This document shows, piece by piece, positions 63,272 to 64,000 of a stretch of 64,000 bases of DNA. The stretch's first letter is position 1, and each line of letters opens with the position of its first letter. The notes below the pieces were generated by a model. That model ran no database searches, was not told where the DNA came from, and saw only the letters and a list, made by a program, of their open reading frames with translations. The DNA is from Enoplolaimus lenunculus (Eukaryota). A program made the translations under genes and the position numbers. Where the stretch lies: positions 1 through 64,000 of the forward strand of contig JASANG010000245.1 of assembly GCA_030248215.1 (NCBI GenBank). The letters are read 5' to 3'.

Positions 63272-64000
63272 GTCAAAAACGCAACACCCGGTGGTACATT
63301 TTATATCATGCGGGACTCCAAGAGTCAAAAACGCAACACCCGGTGGTACATTTTATATCATGCGGGACTCCAAGAGTCAAAAACGCAACACCCGGTGGTA
63401 CATTTTATATCATGCGGGACTCCAAGAGTCAAAAACGCAACACCCGGTGGTACATTTTATATCATGCGGGACTTCAAGAGTCAAAAACGCAACACCCGGT
63501 GGTACATTTTATATCATGCGGGACTCCAAGAGTCAAAAACGCAACACCCGGTGGTACATTTTATATCATGCGGGACTCCAAGAGTCAAAAACGCAACACC
63601 CGGTGGTACATTTTATATCATGCGGGACTCCAAGAGTCAAAAACGCAACACCCGGTGGTACATTTTATATCATGCGGGACTTCAAGAGTCAAAAACGCAA
63701 CACCCGGTGGTACATTTTATATCATGCGGGACTCCAAGAGTCAAAAACGCAACACCCGGTGGTACATTTTATATCATGCGGGACTCCAAGAGTCAAAAAC
63801 GCAACACCCGGTGGTACATTTTATATCATGCGGGACTCCAAGAGTCAAAAACGCAACACCCGGTGGTACATTTTATATCATGCGGACTCCAAGAGTCAAA
63901 AACGCAACACCCGGTGGTACATTTTATAGCATGCGGGACTCCAAGAGTCAAAAACGCAACACCCGGTGGTACATTTTATATCATGCGGACTCCAAGAGTC
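63272..64000. repeat. 52-bp satellite (~14 copies, running off the window) grown from a MITE that starts at ~63067
   Basis: Unit AAGAGTCAAAAACGCAACACCCGGTGGTACATTTTATATCATGCGGGACTCC. Confidence 0.98.

Noticed and set aside
63237..63929. 230-aa repetitive ORF
   Set aside because: It is a product of the 52-bp satellite.

Overview
AT-rich eukaryotic, intron-containing DNA, most likely from a nematode: there are abundant TTAGGC/GCCTAA telomere-type hexamers and GT-AG introns. It is not bacterial, so most ORFs in the track are noise and the real genes had to be rebuilt from splice sites. Four spliced genes can be rebuilt with consistent exon phases: (i) a GAPR-1-like CAP/SCP gene (+, 14552-18789, 5' end unresolved); (ii) a mitochondrial RluA-type pseudouridine synthase, RPUSD4-like, with a very long N-terminal extension (-, 38266-33027); (iii) a GPI-anchored Ly6/three-finger protein (+, 44222-46570); and (iv) the GPS, 7TM and C-tail part of a latrophilin/lat-2-like adhesion GPCR (-, 62496-47586). 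There is also a secreted Thr/Pro/Lys-rich, Cys-rich gene present in two copies, and a 638-codon orphan ORF with a predicted transmembrane segment. The first ~15.4 kb is one large inverted duplication whose inner arm shows A-biased deletions, so it may be partly a long-read or amplification artefact. The rest is dense with non-autonomous DNA transposons (MITEs) of at least eight families and with satellites. The most unusual signals are: a TTAA/piggyBac-type MITE carrying a tRNA-Gly-like Pol III cassette; Merlin-type MITEs (GG termini, 8-bp TSD) whose cargo is telomeric repeat; and several cases of MITEs apparently turning into tandem arrays, one with both the single-unit and the expanded copy in this window.
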